A stretch of DNA of 64,000 nucleotides from Lysobacterales bacterium (GCA_031364125.1 JANLVT010000045.1:5082-69081), one strand, 5' to 3'. Positions 45,305 to 54,804 are shown, numbered from the stretch's first letter. The notes: generated from the letters alone by a model not told the origin. A program made the numbers and translations.

Positions 45305-45406
45305 GTGTGCATTCTCAAGTGCGTCGAACTTAATATTGGTTTTAACGGAAAATACTTTGGTTGTCGTCCATCCGAGAGCAAGCCAATCGCGTAGCTCACC
45401 GTTGAT

Positions 45407-45588
45407 CGTAGACCCAAAGGGCGGCGCACAGGATGTGCGCCGTTTTCCGACGCGGCAGGATGCCGCATCGAAAAATCCTGGCCAAGTATCCGATGGCAGA
45501 TTCGCTTCGTCACTGAGAGTTTTCTTTGGTTACTTTCTTTGCGACAAAGAAAGTGACCCGCGCGTCAGCGCGGAAGCTCTGCAGTTGC
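45407..45588 (-). repeat. family-2 repeat, partial unit in inverted orientation
   Basis: Reverse complement of the unit: CGTAGACCC..GGGCGGCGCACAGGATGTGCGCCG...GGTTACTTTCTTTGCGACAAAGAAAGTGACC...GCGGAAGCTCTGCAGTTGC. Confidence 0.8.
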
Positions 45589-45676
45589 TTGTGATAGTTC
45601 ACTGCGTTCACGCCGGAAAAACAGATCCCTCGCTACGCTCGGGATGACAATCGAATTGTCCGGCCCAGAATGAAAA

Positions 45677-46150
45677 TCACCGCCCCAACGGCAAACCCTT
45701 GAATGCCTTCACCGTCCGCAACACGAAACTCGAATTCACATCCGCCACCCCCGTCTGATTCAACAGCCGGTCCAGCAGAAACCGCGAGAAATGCTCGAGA
45801 TCGCGCACCACCACATGCACCAGATAATCCATGTCCCCGGTCAGCGCGTGGCATGCGACCACCTCGTCCCATCCGTTGACGAAACCCGCGAACGCCGCCA
45901 CCGCCTCGGCGTCGTGACGCGCCAACTGCACGCGCACGAAAGCCTGCAGGCCCAGGCCCAGGCGCTCGGGATCCAGCTCGACGCGATAGCCGGCGATCAC
46001 CCCGTCGCGCTCCAGCCGCTGCACCCGGCGCAGGCAGGCCGAGGGCGACAGATGCACGCGCTCGGCCAGTTCGGCATTGGTCTGGCGGCCGGCGCGCTGC
46101 AGCTCGGCCAGCAGCAGCAGGTCGATGCGGTCGAGTTCCACGGCAGGCAT
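45677..46150 (-). CDS. Lrp/AsnC-family transcriptional regulator (divergent from phhA)
   Basis: About 157 aa. HTH LDRIDLLLLAELQRAGRQTNAELAERVHLSPSACLRRVQRLERDGVI plus a C-terminal RAM/AsnC_trans_reg domain. Start at MPAVELD (ATG 46150). Confidence 0.88.
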   Translation of the reverse strand: MPAVELDRIDLLLLAELQRAGRQTNAELAERVHLSPSACLRRVQRLERDGVIAGYRVELDPERLGLGLQAFVRVQLARHDAEAVAAFAGFVNGWDEVVACHALTGDMDYLVHVVVRDLEHFSRFLLDRLLNQTGVADVNSSFVLRTVKAFKGLPLGR

Positions 46151-46282
46151 GATGGATTGCTCCGATTGGGGGAATGACGCAACTTTATTGCAGATCCGGC
46201 CGCGATGCCTGCAATCAAGCAAGCCCGTTGCGCCGAAAGGCGCCTACAGTGAATGTCTCGCCCGCCCCGCACCGGATTCGCC

Positions 46283-47173
46283 ATGAACACCACCCCGCAG
46301 CGCGTCGAACACCAGATGACCGACAAGGGCTACGTGCCGCTTTATGCCACCGGCGTGGTCGAGCAGCCGTGGAGCAGCTATACCCGTACCGATCACGACG
46401 TCTGGGCGACGCTGTTCGAGCGCCAGCAGCAGCTGCTGGTCGGCCGCGCCGGCAGCGAATTCCTGCGCAGCCAGCGCGACATGGGCATGTCGGCGCACGA
46501 GATTCCGAAATTCGACGACCTCAACCGCATGCTGCGCGCCGCCACCGGCTGGGAAATCGTCGGCGTCGAGGGGTTGCTGCCGGAGCTGGTGTTCTTCGAG
46601 CACCTCGCCAACCGCCGCTTTCCCGTCACCTGGTGGATCCGCAAGCCCGAGCAGCTCGACTATCTGGCCGAACCCGACCTGTTCCACGACCTGTTCGGGC
46701 ATGTGCCGCTGCTGATGAACCCGGTATTCGCCGATTACATGGCCGCGTATGGCCGCGGCGGGGTGAAGGCGCATGCGCTTGGCCCGGAGGCGTTGGCCAA
46801 TCTCACCCGGCTGTACTGGTACACGGTCGAATTCGGCCTGATCCGCGAAGCCGACGGTCTGCGCATCTACGGCGCCGGCATCGTCAGTTCCAAGGGCGAA
46901 AGCATCCACTGCCTGGAAAGCGCGTCGCCGAACCGCATCGGTTTCGACCTGGAGCGGATCATGCGCACCCGCTACCGCATCGACAGTTATCAGAAGACCT
47001 ATTTCGTCATCGACAGCTACGAACAGCTGATGGAGGCCACCCGCCCGGACTTCACGCCGATCTACGCGCGGCTGGCCGAGCAGGCATCGATTCCGGCCGG
47101 CGGCGTGCTCGATACCGATACCGTGTTCCACCGCGGCACCGGCGAGGGCTGGCCCACGGATGCGGATGTCTGA
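46283..47173 (+). CDS. phhA: phenylalanine 4-monooxygenase
   Basis: About 296 aa. Iron-binding PDLFHDLFGHVPLL, ..YWYTVEFGL.., ..IYGAGIVSSKGE... Start uncertain (46253 or 46283). Confidence 0.9.
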   Translation: MNTTPQRVEHQMTDKGYVPLYATGVVEQPWSSYTRTDHDVWATLFERQQQLLVGRAGSEFLRSQRDMGMSAHEIPKFDDLNRMLRAATGWEIVGVEGLLPELVFFEHLANRRFPVTWWIRKPEQLDYLAEPDLFHDLFGHVPLLMNPVFADYMAAYGRGGVKAHALGPEALANLTRLYWYTVEFGLIREADGLRIYGAGIVSSKGESIHCLESASPNRIGFDLERIMRTRYRIDSYQKTYFVIDSYEQLMEATRPDFTPIYARLAEQASIPAGGVLDTDTVFHRGTGEGWPTDADV

Positions 47174-47206
47174 GCGCATCGCGCAAGACACATCCGCGTC
47201 CTCGCC

Positions 47207-47228
47207 AAGGCCCGCATCCGCGGGCCTT
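47207..47228 (+). terminator. hairpin downstream of phhA
   Basis: AAGGCCCGC-ATCC-GCGGGCCTT (perfect 9-bp stem) followed by GTGCGTT. It lies 34 nt after the phhA stop. Confidence 0.4.
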
Positions 47229-47326
47229 GTGCGTTCCGGCCTCCGCGAAGTGTCGCCGCAGGTTTGGCGATGGCGCGCCGTGCCGCGATACTGGGCGGCC
47301 TCTAAGCGCGCCCGCGGAACTGATCG

Positions 47327-47785
47327 ATGAACCACACCCTCCAAGTCAGACTGCTCGATGCCCGCTTCGGCGACGCATGGCCGCTGCCGGCCTACGCCAC
47401 CGAGGCCAGCGCCGGGCTGGACTTGCGCGCGGCGCTGGACGCGCCGCTGGACCTGGCGCCCGGCGACGCCGCGCTGGTGCCGTCGGGGCTGGCCATCCAC
47501 ATCGGCGATCCGGGGCTGTGCGCAGTGATCCTGCCGCGTTCGGGGCTGGGCCACAAACACGGCATCGTGCTGGGCAACGGCACCGGCCTGATCGACGCCG
47601 ATTACCAGGGGCCGCTGCTGATCAGCGTCTGGAACCGGGGCCGCGAGCCCTTCGTGATCGCCCCGGGTGACCGGATCGCGCAACTGGTCATACTTCCAGT
47701 GGTGCGCGCGAGCTTCGAGGTCGTGGATACTTTCGTCGACAGCGCCCGGGGAGCGGGTGGCTTCGGTCATACCGGGGTGGCGTGA
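47327..47785 (+). CDS. dut: dUTP diphosphatase
   Basis: 152 aa. Motifs [35 protein letters not shown]-terminal [10 protein letters not shown]. Confidence 0.93.
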   Translation: MNHTLQVRLLDARFGDAWPLPAYATEASAGLDLRAALDAPLDLAPGDAALVPSGLAIHIGDPGLCAVILPRSGLGHKHGIVLGNGTGLIDADYQGPLLISVWNRGREPFVIAPGDRIAQLVILPVVRASFEVVDTFVDSARGAGGFGHTGVA

Positions 47786-47893
47786 CGCGCCAAGCACGCC
47801 ACGCAGCGGCGCTGCGAATGCGCCGCCCGACATGTTGAGTACATCCGGCCGTCCGGCGGCCGGCAACCCCAAGACGGCAAAGAGACAGCATCG

Positions 47894-50188
47894 ATGAAAG
47901 ACAGCATCCGCCAGCAGCTGCTCCAACTCCGCCCCGCGATGCGGCCGCTCGCGGTCCTGTGCGCGCTGCTCGCGCTGTGGCTGGGCTGGAGCGGCGTCGC
48001 CCAGTTTCGCGATGGCGACCGGCGCAGCGACCTGGAAGCCACCCGCGACAGCGGCGTGCAACTGGTGCATCAGGCGCTGCTGCAGCACCAGAAACGCTTC
48101 GGCGAAGCGCTGGCCCTGCCCGAAGTGCAGAACGCGCTGTCGACCTCGGATTTCGCCAGCGCCAGCAAGGTCATCAGCGCCGGCTGGCCGAATGTGTCGC
48201 TGGTCCAGGTATTTCCGCCCGACCTGGAAGCCGTCTACGCCGCGCTGCCCAAGGGCGGCTACGGCCGTCTTGCGGTGCTGGAGTCGGCCATGGTCGAGAA
48301 CAAGATCCGCACCTGGGTGATCCGCGACCTCGGCCAACCACGCCTGGCGCTGGCCGCGCCCGCCAAGGCCGGCGACCGTCTTGTGGGCGTGGCCTACATC
48401 CAGCTGCCGTTCACCGAGCTGACCTCGGGCCTGGACACCATCGGCATGGTCGGCGACACCTATCTGGGCCTGCGCCAGGGCGACGTGACGCTGTGGGAAC
48501 GCGGCGATCTGAGCTATGCCGACGGCGCGGAGCGTCTGGCCGCCGCGGTCTCGGAGTCCGGGCTGCGCGTGGTGGCGGCGACTTCGCAGCCGCCGACCCA
48601 GGCGCTGGGCATGAGCGCAGTCGCCTCGCTGATCGCCGCGGTGATCTTCGCGCTTCTTGTGTACGTGACCTGGCGGATCTGGCGCATGCCGGTGGACGTC
48701 GAAGCGGTCGATAGCTCGCCCACGCTGCTCGAAGCGGTGGCCAACGAGGCCAGCGATGCCGCCCAATCGCCGACGCTGGAGATCCGGGAGCAGCCGAAGG
48801 CGAAGCTGGTGCTGATCGACAGCACCATCTTCCGCGCTTACGACATCCGCGGCGTGGTCGGCAGCACCCTGGACCGCAACGTGGCCGAACTGATCGGCCA
48901 TGCGGTGGGTTCGCTGATGCATGAGAAGGATCTGCGCGACATCGTCGTCGGTCGCGACGGCCGCTTGTCCGGTCCGGAGATGGTCGAGGGCCTGGTCGCC
49001 GGCCTGCGCAAGACGGGCGTGAATGTGATCGACATCGGCATGGCGCCGACGCCGGTGATCTACTTCGGCGCCTATCACCTGCGCACCGGTTGCTGCATCT
49101 CGGTCACCGGCAGCCACAACCCGCCGGACTACAACGGCTTCAAGATCGTGGTCGGCGGCGAGACGCTGTACGGCGAGGCGATCACCGACCTGCATGCGCG
49201 CGTCGCCGAGAGCCGCCTGCACGTGGCGGCGCAGCCGGGCAGCCTGAGCGAGACCGACATCAGCGGCGATTACGTCCAGCGGATCGCCTCGGACGTGCAG
49301 CTGGGGCGGCGGTTGAAGGTGGTGGTGGATGCCGGCAACGGCGTCGCCGGCGAGATCGGCCCGCGCGTGCTCGAAGCCATCGGCGCCGAGGTCGAGGAGC
49401 TGTACTGCGAGATCGACGGCACTTTCCCGAACCATCACCCCGATCCCAGCGAGCCGCACAACCTGCAGGATCTGATCAAGATGGTGCAGCGCCTGGATGC
49501 CGACCTGGGCATCGCGTTCGACGGCGACGGCGACCGCCTGGGCGTGGTCACCCGCGACGGCGAGAACATCTACGCCGACCGGCTGCTGATGCTGTTCGCG
49601 GCCGACGTGCTGGAGCGCAACCCGGGCGCGATGATCGTCTACGACGTGAAATGCACCGGCCGCCTGTCGTCGCACATCCTGCGCCACGGCGGCAGCCCGC
49701 TGATGTGGAAGACCGGGCATTCGCTGATCAAGGCCAAGATGCGCGAGACCGGCGCGGAGCTGGCCGGTGAGATGAGCGGCCACTTCTTCTTCGCCGAGCG
49801 CTGGTACGGGTTCGACGACGGCATCTACGCGGCCGCGCGGCTGCTGGAAATCCTGGCGACCGCACCGGAGCTGCCGGACGACGTGCTGCACGCGCTGCCC
49901 AAGGGCGTATCGACGCCCGAAATCAAGGTCGATGCCCCCGGCGGCGATCCGCATGCGTTCGTGGAGCAGTTCCGCGAAGGCGCGCTCTTCGAGGGCGGCC
50001 GGCAATCCACGATCGACGGTCTGCGCGTGGACTGGCCGGATGGCTGGGGTCTGGTGCGGGCGTCCAACACCACGCCGGTGCTGGTGCTGCGTTTCGACGC
50101 CGACAACGCCGAGGCGCTGGCGCGGATCCAGGCGGTGTTCCGCGAGCGTCTGCTGCAGCAGAAGCCGGACCTGGTCCTGCCGTTCTGA
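47894..50188 (+). CDS. algC: phosphomannomutase/phosphoglucomutase with ~310-aa N-terminal membrane-associated extension
   Basis: 764 aa. The C-terminal ~455 aa carry the active-site loop SVTGSHNPPDYNGFK, the Mg site FDGDGDRLG and the sugar loop GEMSGH. The N-terminal part has two TM helices (LAVLCALLALWLGWSGV; VASLIAAVIFALLVYVTWRIW). Confidence 0.88.
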   Translation: MKDSIRQQLLQLRPAMRPLAVLCALLALWLGWSGVAQFRDGDRRSDLEATRDSGVQLVHQALLQHQKRFGEALALPEVQNALSTSDFASASKVISAGWPNVSLVQVFPPDLEAVYAALPKGGYGRLAVLESAMVENKIRTWVIRDLGQPRLALAAPAKAGDRLVGVAYIQLPFTELTSGLDTIGMVGDTYLGLRQGDVTLWERGDLSYADGAERLAAAVSESGLRVVAATSQPPTQALGMSAVASLIAAVIFALLVYVTWRIWRMPVDVEAVDSSPTLLEAVANEASDAAQSPTLEIREQPKAKLVLIDSTIFRAYDIRGVVGSTLDRNVAELIGHAVGSLMHEKDLRDIVVGRDGRLSGPEMVEGLVAGLRKTGVNVIDIGMAPTPVIYFGAYHLRTGCCISVTGSHNPPDYNGFKIVVGGETLYGEAITDLHARVAESRLHVAAQPGSLSETDISGDYVQRIASDVQLGRRLKVVVDAGNGVAGEIGPRVLEAIGAEVEELYCEIDGTFPNHHPDPSEPHNLQDLIKMVQRLDADLGIAFDGDGDRLGVVTRDGENIYADRLLMLFAADVLERNPGAMIVYDVKCTGRLSSHILRHGGSPLMWKTGHSLIKAKMRETGAELAGEMSGHFFFAERWYGFDDGIYAAARLLEILATAPELPDDVLHALPKGVSTPEIKVDAPGGDPHAFVEQFREGALFEGGRQSTIDGLRVDWPDGWGLVRASNTTPVLVLRFDADNAEALARIQAVFRERLLQQKPDLVLPF

Positions 50189-50193
50189 GCATG

Positions 50194-50298
50194 CCGGCCC
50201 AGGCAGAACCCGACCGGCGACGACATCAGGGCCGTGCCCACGGCCGACGAAAACGAAATGGTTGCGTGTCGGAAGCAGCGGCCTGAAGGCCGCTCTAC
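50194..50298 (-). repeat. MITE-like element, family 1, truncated at one terminus
   Basis: ..GCCGGCCCAGGCAGAACCCGACCGGCGACGACATCAGGGCCGTGCCCACGGCCGACGAAAACGAAATGG...CAGCGGCCTGAAGGCCGCTCTAC. It begins 6 nt after the PMM/PGM stop. The left terminal repeat is missing. Confidence 0.7.
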
Positions 50299-50343
50299 GA
50301 GAAGGATGAGGCCGACGAGCGCAACGCGCCCCCGGCGCCCCGA

Positions 50344-51018
50344 TCAGCCGCCGGCGACGGGCGCGGGCGTCGGTGCCGCTGCTGTGCCCTGCTGCGCGCC
50401 CTTGAGCACGCGATAGCGCGACAGCGCACCCTGGAACTCAGCGTTGAGCGCGGCGCGTTCGGCTTCCTGGCGCTGCTTCAACGCCCGCAGCCCCAGCAAC
50501 TCGGCGTGCTGGATCAGGATCTTGTTGCGCAGCACCTTGCCGACCGGTTTGGATTCCAGCTCCAGCGCATTGGCCTGGCGCAGCAGGCTGAGCAGGCTGG
50601 CGTGCAGGTTGATCAACGCTAACTCTGAACCCTTCAGCGACTCCTCGACCAGTTCGAAGCGGTTGCTGAAGGAACGCTTGAGGTCTTCCTCGTTGTCGTA
50701 GGAGACCACCATCGCCATCTCGCGCCGCGCACGCTGGGCCTCGGCCCGGCGCGCCTCGTCTTCGGCGGCGGCGCGTATGCGCTCCTCCGGGGTCATTTCG
50801 CGGGCCATCCGGTTCACGCTGGTGCCGGTCTTCGGGTCGAACTCGGTGCGCTGGCGGCCCACCGCCGACGCCGGCAGTGCGTCGCTGCAGACCCGGCGCC
50901 CGCCTTCGTCCCAGCAGTAGAGTTTCCGTTCCTTGGGTTTCTGCTGGGCGCTCGCGATCGACGCCACGCCCAGCGCAAGGCCGACGGCGAGCAGGGTCAG
51001 GCACCAGCGATTCGACAT
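50344..51018 (-). CDS. DUF4124-like secreted protein with coiled-coil C-terminus
   Basis: About 224 aa. Signal peptide MSNRWCLTLLAVGLALGVASIASAQ, then KLYCWDEGGRRVCSDALP (the DUF4124-type motif as I recall it) and a long charged helical region. Confidence 0.65.
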   Translation of the reverse strand: MSNRWCLTLLAVGLALGVASIASAQQKPKERKLYCWDEGGRRVCSDALPASAVGRQRTEFDPKTGTSVNRMAREMTPEERIRAAAEDEARRAEAQRARREMAMVVSYDNEEDLKRSFSNRFELVEESLKGSELALINLHASLLSLLRQANALELESKPVGKVLRNKILIQHAELLGLRALKQRQEAERAALNAEFQGALSRYRVLKGAQQGTAAAPTPAPVAGG

Positions 51019-51067
51019 CGCGGGCGGCAAGCATCGCGCAGGCATCATTCGCGGAGACATCTCAGGC

Positions 51068-51808
51068 CTACCCCCCGGTCGGCGCGTTCTGGGTGGACGT
51101 GCGGAAACCGTAACGGGCCCGGTAGGCCAACAGTCGCTCGCGCTGGTCGAGAAGTTCGGCGCTTTCGCCCGCGAATGCAAGCAGATCATCCAGACCTGCG
51201 ACCGCGATCACGGGAATTCCCGATTCGGCGGCGACTGCCTGCGCCGCCGACAGCCCAAGCCCGTCGGGCGCGCTGCCGTCGGGTGCGCGGTCGTCGGGCG
51301 CGCGGCCGTCGGGCGTGATGCCCTCGACGGCGATTTCCTGCCGGTCCAGCGCGATCACGATCCCCGCGGGGATGCCGCCGCCTTCGCGGATCAGCGCCAG
51401 CGCCTCGCGGATCGCGGTGCCGGCGGTGATCACGTCGTCCACGATCAGCACCCGCTTGCCCCCCAATGGCGCACCGATCAGGGTGCCGCCCTCGCCGTGG
51501 GTCTTGGCTTCCTTGCGGTTGAACGCCAGCGGCAGGTCGCGGCCGCGCCGGGCGTACTCGCAGGCCAGCGCCGTCGCCAGCGGGATGCCCTTGTACGCTG
51601 GCCCGAACAACAGGTCGAAGCCGTGTCCCGCCGCGTCCACCGCATCGGCATAACAAGCGGCCAGCGTGGACAGCGCGGCGCCGGAGTCGAAGCGTCCGGC
51701 GTTGAAGAAATATGGGCTGATGCGCCCGGATTTGAGCGTGAATTCGCCGAAACGCAGGGCTTCGACGCGCAGCGCGAGCTGCAGGAAACGGGTGCGGTGA
51801 TCGGTCAC
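51068..51808 (-). CDS. pyrE: orotate phosphoribosyltransferase
   Basis: 246 aa counted from GTG at 51808. FLQLALRVEALRFGEFTLKSGRISPYFFNAG, PRPP loop VLIVDDVITAGTA. Contains a repeat-encoded insertion (see the 51260-51319 feature). The 741-aa track ORF is over-extended, running antisense through xth and ampG. Confidence 0.88.
   Translation of the reverse strand: MTDHRTRFLQLALRVEALRFGEFTLKSGRISPYFFNAGRFDSGAALSTLAACYADAVDAAGHGFDLLFGPAYKGIPLATALACEYARRGRDLPLAFNRKEAKTHGEGGTLIGAPLGGKRVLIVDDVITAGTAIREALALIREGGGIPAGIVIALDRQEIAVEGITPDGRAPDDRAPDGSAPDGLGLSAAQAVAAESGIPVIAVAGLDDLLAFAGESAELLDQRERLLAYRARYGFRTSTQNAPTGG
51260..51319. repeat. 15-nt in-frame tandem repeat (4 units) inside pyrE
   Basis: CCCGTCGGGCGCGCT / GCCGTCGGGTGCGCG / GTCGTCGGGCGCGCG / GCCGTCGGGCGTGAT. 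On the minus strand these encode ..TPDGRAPDDRAPDGSAPDGLG... Confidence 0.85.
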
Positions 51809-51949
51809 GGGCGTGCGTCGGGGCGGGGAGGCCGCGATGATAAACCCGTGGTCGCCGGCCGGCCCGGCTGCGCATCCTGCAACCATGCAAGCCGGCGCGA
51901 ATCCGTTACTCTTGCCCCATCCCGTTCCGACACGGCGTCTCCGGTTTTC

Positions 51950-52783
51950 ATGCGCATCATCAGTTTCAACGCCAACGGCCTGCGTTCGGCGGCCACCAAG
52001 GGATTCTTCGACTGGTTCCGCGCGCAGGACGCCGACGTGCTCTGCGTGCAGGAGACGAAGGCGCAGGAGCACCAGCTCCACGTGCCGGAGCTGCTCCCGG
52101 ACGGTTACCAGGCGTTCTTCAAGGACGCCATCACCAAGAAGGGCTACAGCGGCGTCGGCATCTACAGCCGCAAGCCGCCGGACGAGGTGCGTACTTCGCT
52201 GGGCTGGGCGCCGTTCGACGACGAAGGCCGCTACATCGAGGCGCGCTTCGGCAACCTCAGCGTGGTCTCGTTCTACATCCCGTCGGGGTCGTCCGGCGAC
52301 GTGCGTCAGGGCTTCAAGTTCGAAGTGATGGAATGGCTCAGGCCCATCCTCCACGAATGGCTGCGCAGCGGCCGCGATTACGTGCTGTGCGGCGACTGGA
52401 ACATCGTCCGCGCCCGCAACGACATCAAGAACTGGACCTCGAACCAGAAGAACTCCGGCTGCCTGCCCGCGGAACGCGCCTGGCTCAACGGCCAGATCGC
52501 CGATGCCTGCGGCGACGGCACCGCCGCGCCCGAACAGGGCTGGCTGGACAGCTTCCGCGTGCTGCGCCCGGACGCCGCCGACGCATACACATGGTGGTCG
52601 CAGCGCGGCGCCGCCCGCGCCAAGGACGTGGGCTGGCGCATCGACTACCAGTTCATCACCCCGTCGCTGCGCGAGGCGGTGAACGCCTGCGCGATCCACA
52701 AGGATCCGCGCTTCTCCGATCATGCGCCGTACGTCGTGGATTATTCCGGCTATGAGCCAAGACGTATGAGCCATGACGCATGA
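51950..52783 (+). CDS. xthA: exodeoxyribonuclease III (AP endonuclease)
   Basis: 277 aa. MRIISFNANGLRSA, ..DVLCVQETK.., ..LCGDWN.., ..WRIDY.., C-terminal SDHAP. Only the last 277 codons of the 616-aa track ORF are used. Confidence 0.9.
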   Translation: MRIISFNANGLRSAATKGFFDWFRAQDADVLCVQETKAQEHQLHVPELLPDGYQAFFKDAITKKGYSGVGIYSRKPPDEVRTSLGWAPFDDEGRYIEARFGNLSVVSFYIPSGSSGDVRQGFKFEVMEWLRPILHEWLRSGRDYVLCGDWNIVRARNDIKNWTSNQKNSGCLPAERAWLNGQIADACGDGTAAPEQGWLDSFRVLRPDAADAYTWWSQRGAARAKDVGWRIDYQFITPSLREAVNACAIHKDPRFSDHAPYVVDYSGYEPRRMSHDA

Positions 52784-54431
52784 GCCGCGCCGGATGAGCG
52801 ACGCGAAAACGCAATCGATGACTTCGAGCGCCACAGTCTCGACGCCCGGAATCCCGAAGAAGCGCCCCGGCTGGCGAGACGTGCTGCGCGGCCTGCGCCA
52901 GCGCAAGGTCGCGGTAATGCTGTTGCTGGGCCTCTCCGCCGGCCTGCCGTTCATGCTGGTCGGCAACACCATGGGCCTGTGGCTGCGCGAGGGCGGCACC
53001 GAACTGACCGCGATCGGCTTCCTGTCGTGGGTCGGCATCATGTATTCGATGAAGTTCCTGTGGGCGCCGATCATCGACAAGGTCGATGTGCCGGTGTTGG
53101 GAAGACTCCTCGGCCATCGGCGCGGCTGGATGATCCTCGCGCAGGCGGTGGTCGCGATCGGATTGTTCGGCATGGCGATCCTCACCCCGCAGGGCGGATT
53201 GATCGCCTTCGCGGTGCTGGCGCTGGTCGCTGCGTTCGCGTCGGCGACCCAGGACATCGTTATCGACGCGTGGCGGATCGAAAGCGCCGACAACGGCGAG
53301 GAACTGTCGCTGCTCAGTTCGGCCTACCAGCTCGGGTATCGCTTCGCGCTGCTGCTGACCGATGCCTGGATCCTGGTGATCGCGGCCAAGATCGGCTGGG
53401 TCGCGTCGTACGAACTCATCGCCGGTCTGATGGGCCTGGGCATGCTCGCGGTGCTGTTCGCGCGGGAGTCGCGGACCACCGGCAACGACGCAAGCGCGAT
53501 CGATGTGCCGGACCCGCGCGCAGGCAAGCTCGGCGTTTCCGACGCGATGGTGGTGCGCTGGCTGTGCGCCCTGGCGATCGGCGTCGCCGCGATCGCCTAC
53601 ATGATCGTGGCGCACAATTTCTGGAAGAAACCGTGGGGCTGGGACGATGTCGCGTTCGCGGTCGGCGTGCCGGTGGCGATCTGGCTGCTGGTCCGCCGCG
53701 CCAGGGACGCCGCGCCCGTGCGCGAGGCGACCTGGTCGCGGCCGCTGGTGCGGCCGCTGCTGCGTTTCTTCGACGGCGCCGTCGGCCCGCTGATCATGTT
53801 CTTCCGCGATCACGGCAAGGCCGCGCTGCTGATCCTGCTGGCGATCAGCCTCTACCGGCTGCCCGATTTCGTGATGGGCCCGATGGCGAATCCCTTCTAC
53901 ACCGATCTGGGCATCGACAAGGCGGTGGTCGGCACGGTGCGCGGCACGGTCGGCTGGGTCGCGACCACGGTCGGCATCGTCGTCGCCGGTCTGTGCGCCC
54001 TGCGGCTGGGCTTCGTCACCACATTGATGATCGGTGCGGTGGTCGGGCCAGGGTCCAATCTCGCTTTCGCCTATCTCGCCCACCACGGCGCCGATCCGCA
54101 AGTGTTCTCCGCGGTGATGGCGATCGACAATTTCAGCGCCGGCTTCGCGGGCGTGGCGCTGGTCGGCTACATGTCCAGCCTGACCACGCTCGGCTACACC
54201 GCCACGCAGTACGCACTGCTGAGTTCGTTCTATGCGATGCCGGGCAAATTCCTCAAAGGTCTGTCGGGTGCGGCGGTGGATGGTCTGGCCAAATCGCATG
54301 CGCTGCTCGATGCGTATGCGATCTTCTTCGTCGGCACCGCGCTGATCGGCATTCCCGCGCTGCTGCTGTGCTTCTGGCTGGTGCGCAACGCCAATGCCGC
54401 CGCAGAGGCCCCGGCCACGGTATCTTCATGA
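52773..54431 (+). CDS. ampG: AmpG-family muropeptide MFS permease
   Basis: About 552 aa. ..LLLGLSAGLPFMLVGNTMGLWLREGG.......FLWAPIIDKV..P.LG.LGHRRGWM.. is typical of AmpG. 12-14 TM. Start uncertain (52773 or 52794). Confidence 0.85.
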   Translation: MTHEPRRMSDAKTQSMTSSATVSTPGIPKKRPGWRDVLRGLRQRKVAVMLLLGLSAGLPFMLVGNTMGLWLREGGTELTAIGFLSWVGIMYSMKFLWAPIIDKVDVPVLGRLLGHRRGWMILAQAVVAIGLFGMAILTPQGGLIAFAVLALVAAFASATQDIVIDAWRIESADNGEELSLLSSAYQLGYRFALLLTDAWILVIAAKIGWVASYELIAGLMGLGMLAVLFARESRTTGNDASAIDVPDPRAGKLGVSDAMVVRWLCALAIGVAAIAYMIVAHNFWKKPWGWDDVAFAVGVPVAIWLLVRRARDAAPVREATWSRPLVRPLLRFFDGAVGPLIMFFRDHGKAALLILLAISLYRLPDFVMGPMANPFYTDLGIDKAVVGTVRGTVGWVATTVGIVVAGLCALRLGFVTTLMIGAVVGPGSNLAFAYLAHHGADPQVFSAVMAIDNFSAGFAGVALVGYMSSLTTLGYTATQYALLSSFYAMPGKFLKGLSGAAVDGLAKSHALLDAYAIFFVGTALIGIPALLLCFWLVRNANAAAEAPATVSS

Positions 54432-54435
54432 CGCC

Positions 54436-54789
54436 ATGACCGACCTCGCCCTCCGCGATATCGATCCCGTGCTGGCCGAGCGCATCCGCAAGGTCGCGCG
54501 CACCAACGGTTGGGACATGCACGAGACGATCCTGCATCTGATCGAGCGCGGGCTGTACGCCACCGAGGGCGGTGCGCTGCGTTTCGACGGTTCCGAGTCC
54601 GACGTGATGCAGTCGGTGATCGCGGCGCTGGAAACCGTGCCCAACGATCCGGGGTTCTCGCTGATCGGACGGATGGGCGACCGGCTGCCGTCGGAGCCGG
54701 AGCCGTCGCCCGCGCAATTCGATCCGAGCGAGCTGGAGCGTTTTCTGCAGGACGTGCCGGTAGGCAAGAAGCTCGGCGGCCGCGAGTAG
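54436..54789 (+). CDS. hypothetical protein (possible ribbon-helix-helix N-terminus)
   Basis: About 117 aa. MTDLALRDIDPVLAERIRKVARTNGWDMHETILHLIERGL resembles Arc/MetJ-type RHH antitoxin-like N-termini. The rest is acidic. Confidence 0.45.
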   Translation: MTDLALRDIDPVLAERIRKVARTNGWDMHETILHLIERGLYATEGGALRFDGSESDVMQSVIAALETVPNDPGFSLIGRMGDRLPSEPEPSPAQFDPSELERFLQDVPVGKKLGGRE

Positions 54790-54804
54790 GCCGCAAACCC
54801 TCTT

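Noticed and set aside
50933-53293. The 616-aa plus-strand ORF and the 741-aa minus-strand ORF considered as single large genes.
   Set aside because: Only the last 277 codons of the first match exonuclease III, and only the last 246 codons of the second match PyrE. The upstream parts are antisense to real genes and lack motifs.
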